Assembly (NCBI GenBank): GCA_964485635.1
Contig: CAZAJS010000001.1
Location: 1-43,651 of the forward strand
Source of the DNA: an uncultured Francisellaceae bacterium
GTDB taxonomy: Bacteria > Pseudomonadota > Gammaproteobacteria > Francisellales > Francisellaceae
Direction: 5' to 3'
DNA length: 43,651 nt
Part shown: positions 41,157 through 43,651 of the stretch, one piece after another
How the letters are laid out: each line of letters begins with the position of its first letter
How positions within the stretch are numbered: position 1 is the first letter of the stretch
Notes under the pieces: generated by a model
What the model was told of the DNA's origin: nothing
Databases searched by the model: none
The model's input: the letters and a program-made list of their open reading frames with translations, nothing else
Translations under genes and position numbers: made by a program

Positions 41157-41936
41157 TTAACGAATAATTTGATCTTTGGGGATTTGTGTCCATTTTTTGC
41201 CATCATCTTTGTCAATATATTGAAAATGTTGATTGGTCAGTACCCCTTGAATACATGTATAGCGATAATTTCGATGTTTCAGTTCATTTGTTGTTAATAC
41301 TTGATTCAGCACGCCTGGACCGGTTAAATGGTAAACACCAGATTCGACACGGTGATGGGCAATATTATCTAATGCTTGATCTAAAACCTGTTTAATAGCT
41401 AAATTACCCGGTGCTGCAGCAATAAAATAATTGGTAAAGCGTTTTTTACGATTCGTGATAAATAATTGTTGCTGATCTTCTTTTAAACGCTTTTCTAACC
41501 GAGTCATCAAGCATCCATCCATATCCAAATAAACGCCTCCTTGATCATATAACACAGCCAGACGCCATAAATCGGCTTGTGCAGCGCCTACCGTTAAGCG
41601 TTGATAGGCTTGATAAACATCTGGATGGGCCTGTTGTAAATATTCATCCCGATCCTGTGTGACCATAAAGCGATAGGCGAAGCGGGGTGCCATTAAACGG
41701 TTCCATAAATAGTTCAAATAAACCGGAAGGGTCGCTTGATTAGTAAAATTGGTCTGCCATAAAATTCGAGGAATGGTCTTATGTGACTTGGATCGAAGCA
41801 GTGGTTTCGCTTGTGCCGGTAAGGTAAAACGTTTATTAGGAAAAATGGCATGGAACACATAACCAAGCCCTTTAACGAAAGGACCAATGATTAATTTAGT
41901 GACACGGTTGCAAAGCAGTGCTGGGAATGTTGCCAT
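41157..41936 (-). CDS. GT32-type (DXD sugar-binding, Och1/Caps_synth-like) glycosyltransferase
   Basis: IPRILWQTNF and ADLWRLAVLYDQGGVYLDMD motifs; 259 aa. Confidence 0.75.
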   Translation of the reverse strand: MATFPALLCNRVTKLIIGPFVKGLGYVFHAIFPNKRFTLPAQAKPLLRSKSHKTIPRILWQTNFTNQATLPVYLNYLWNRLMAPRFAYRFMVTQDRDEYLQQAHPDVYQAYQRLTVGAAQADLWRLAVLYDQGGVYLDMDGCLMTRLEKRLKEDQQQLFITNRKKRFTNYFIAAAPGNLAIKQVLDQALDNIAHHRVESGVYHLTGPGVLNQVLTTNELKHRNYRYTCIQGVLTNQHFQYIDKDDGKKWTQIPKDQIIR

Positions 41937-41945
41937 GGGTGGTTA

Positions 41946-41984
41946 ATGCTAAATTTCGTGTTAAGATAAACAATAGTTTAGCAT
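41946..41984. repeat. Inverted repeat between the ligase and GT32 genes
   Basis: ATGCTAAA (41946-41953) and TTTAGCAT (41977-41984), an 8-bp stem with a 23-nt loop. Confidence 0.3.
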
Positions 41985-42006
41985 ATTTATCATTAAGCAA
42001 CAAAAA

Positions 42007-43317
42007 TTACTTTGTTTTGTTAGGCATCAATGAAGGGTATGGCCACATCATAAAGCATAGAAAAACAGGTACCCACATTGTCCGGATTTGTAGGTTCATA
42101 AGCGGATTAGCAAATGCACTGCCCAGCGCAAAAATCAATAAACCGCAACGTCCGATTTGTTGATAAGGGGACGGTAAATAGCGAGCAATATGCAACCAAG
42201 TCATTAATAAGGCCACCATTAACGCCACCCCAAGTAAACCGGTGGTAACCCAACTGCGTAAATAATTATTATCAGGCCCTCCATAGGCCGGTTGAACACC
42301 ATAGTAAATGCTATCTTTTGGGTAGCGCTCGATAAATCGATAAAATTGTTGTTTATAATTATCGGCACTAATCCCAAATCCAAATAAATTACGCCATAAC
42401 GATTCATGCGGCATATTCTGAGACATAATATCTAAATGCAATAATCGGCTGCCAACGCTGGTTCTAGCCACATGTTTCATTGCTTGATGGTCATTGGTTG
42501 TCCAAGCATTATAATATTGCGTTACTTGATTGGTTCCTTGAGTCACACGGTGGGAAAAGGTATGTGACAAATAATTCAGGCTAGTTAAGCCAATGCCAGC
42601 AATCACAATAAATAAACCAAGTCCTTTTAAACGCCATCGTGATACTAAAATAATGAATATTAATATGATTTCAGTGACATATCCCATTCGACTGGTATTA
42701 ATCGCGACTTCAGCAAATAAAGCACTTAGGCCCATTAACAATAATAAACCTTGTTGCCAATAAGCTTTAGCATAGGGCAATAAGCTATATGAGGCGACAA
42801 TCAATAACATAAAAATCACAGCTGTATTAAAATGAATGGCAGGGACAGGCGCAACACCACCGGATTGTAAAATAATATTCCATTCATGGGGTAATATAAA
42901 TCGGTTGGCATAAATGGCAATTAAAAATACTGCAATCATCCCGATAAACGCCCCTAAGGCAATGCGAATTCGATGATGTTGTTGATATAGAAATGGGAAA
43001 AAAACTAATGGATATAATAACCAATTATAGCCTTTAAATGCGTATAAAGCGTCTAGTCGATTACTGGCGTATAAGATAGTAAGTGCTAACCATGATAACC
43101 AAATTAAACACCCAAGGACCATTGGATGATGCAACGCTTTTTTTAAATAATCAGGCTGTTGTATGACATAAAGAATAAATACCAGTAGCAACATTGCCCC
43201 AGCAATATTTAAAACAGGTTTATTGATTGAACAAGCCATCACGACAATGACCGTCAAGATAAAGCCTATTTTATCTAAGGCAGTTGAAAACGTAGTATTA
43301 GAAAACCAAGGCATCAT
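42007..43317 (-). CDS. O-antigen ligase family (WaaL/Wzy_C-type) polytopic membrane protein
   Basis: 436 aa with about 11-12 TM helices and one larger soluble loop (HRVTQGTNQVTQYYNAWTTNDHQAMKHVARTSVGSRLLH). Glycan-locus context. A ligase cannot be separated from a polymerase by eye. Confidence 0.65.
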   Translation of the reverse strand: MMPWFSNTTFSTALDKIGFILTVIVVMACSINKPVLNIAGAMLLLVFILYVIQQPDYLKKALHHPMVLGCLIWLSWLALTILYASNRLDALYAFKGYNWLLYPLVFFPFLYQQHHRIRIALGAFIGMIAVFLIAIYANRFILPHEWNIILQSGGVAPVPAIHFNTAVIFMLLIVASYSLLPYAKAYWQQGLLLLMGLSALFAEVAINTSRMGYVTEIILIFIILVSRWRLKGLGLFIVIAGIGLTSLNYLSHTFSHRVTQGTNQVTQYYNAWTTNDHQAMKHVARTSVGSRLLHLDIMSQNMPHESLWRNLFGFGISADNYKQQFYRFIERYPKDSIYYGVQPAYGGPDNNYLRSWVTTGLLGVALMVALLMTWLHIARYLPSPYQQIGRCGLLIFALGSAFANPLMNLQIRTMWVPVFLCFMMWPYPSLMPNKTK

Positions 43318-43370
43318 AGCAACAGCCTATATCAATAGTGGACTTATCATGTCATAATTTGGTACTAAAA

Positions 43371-43651
43371 TCAATCAAATGTAAATCGCTTGACACGACG
43401 GTGACATAAAACATGATGTCCATGACGTTGAATATAATTTTGGTGATGATTTTCGGCTGGATAAAATGTATCAGCTGGTTGGCATTGGGTGGTAACTTCT
43501 AGACCTTGTTGGATGAGTCGGTGGATCAATGCTTTAATGAGATGGGCTTGTTGGTTCGTTGTGTAAAACACAGCGCTTAAATATTGCGGGCCGATATCGG
43601 CGCCTTGACCATCAGTTTGTGTTGGATCATGAATTTCAAAAAAACACTTGG
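43371..43651 (-). CDS. msrA: Peptide-methionine (S)-S-oxide reductase MsrA, C-terminal part (5' end outside the window)
   Basis: The frame stays open to the window edge: ..KCFFEIHDPTQTDGQGADIGPQYLSAVFY..FYPAENHHQNYIQ. The track's M at 43571 is an internal GTG. Confidence 0.85.
   Translation of the reverse strand, partial: KCFFEIHDPTQTDGQGADIGPQYLSAVFYTTNQQAHLIKALIHRLIQQGLEVTTQCQPADTFYPAENHHQNYIQRHGHHVLCHRRVKRFTFD

Overview
This window is mostly core housekeeping DNA from a low-GC (about 40% by eye) gammaproteobacterium. It reads left to right as follows. (1) A minus-strand nfeD/SPFH/yhhQ unit and a small lipoprotein gene. (2) map, a KfrA-like coiled-coil gene, fdxA-gmhB-plsC, and a convergent folA. 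(3) rpsB-tsf-pyrH-frr-uppS-cdsA, followed by a sialidase-fold gene plus a membrane-protein gene. (4) radC divergent from dut-pgsA. (5) A contiguous str/S10/spc/alpha ribosomal superoperon, rpsL to rplQ, including an rpmJ gene that is missing from the ORF track and with no tuf between fusA and rpsJ. (6) An outer-membrane protein gene and htpG. (7) A roughly 7-kb envelope-glycan locus: GT2, GT4, Stealth phosphotransferase, trhO, APH-fold kinase, GT32 and a WaaL-like ligase, ending in a partial msrA. From memory, the gene order resembles Francisella-type Thiotrichales genomes; this is a tentative recollection, not a search result. I found no rRNA, tRNA, CRISPR array, transposase or integrase. About 75% of the window is ordinary. 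The second-look candidates are the Stealth/kinase/ligase glycan locus, the sialidase-fold plus membrane pair (a likely two-component Kdo hydrolase), a chimeric outer-membrane protein with a VirB9/TrbG-like N-domain, a lipoprotein with a single CVNH half-repeat, and a KfrA-like protein coupled to map. None of these is demonstrably a new system from sequence alone. All homology statements are motif recognition by eye and need database confirmation.
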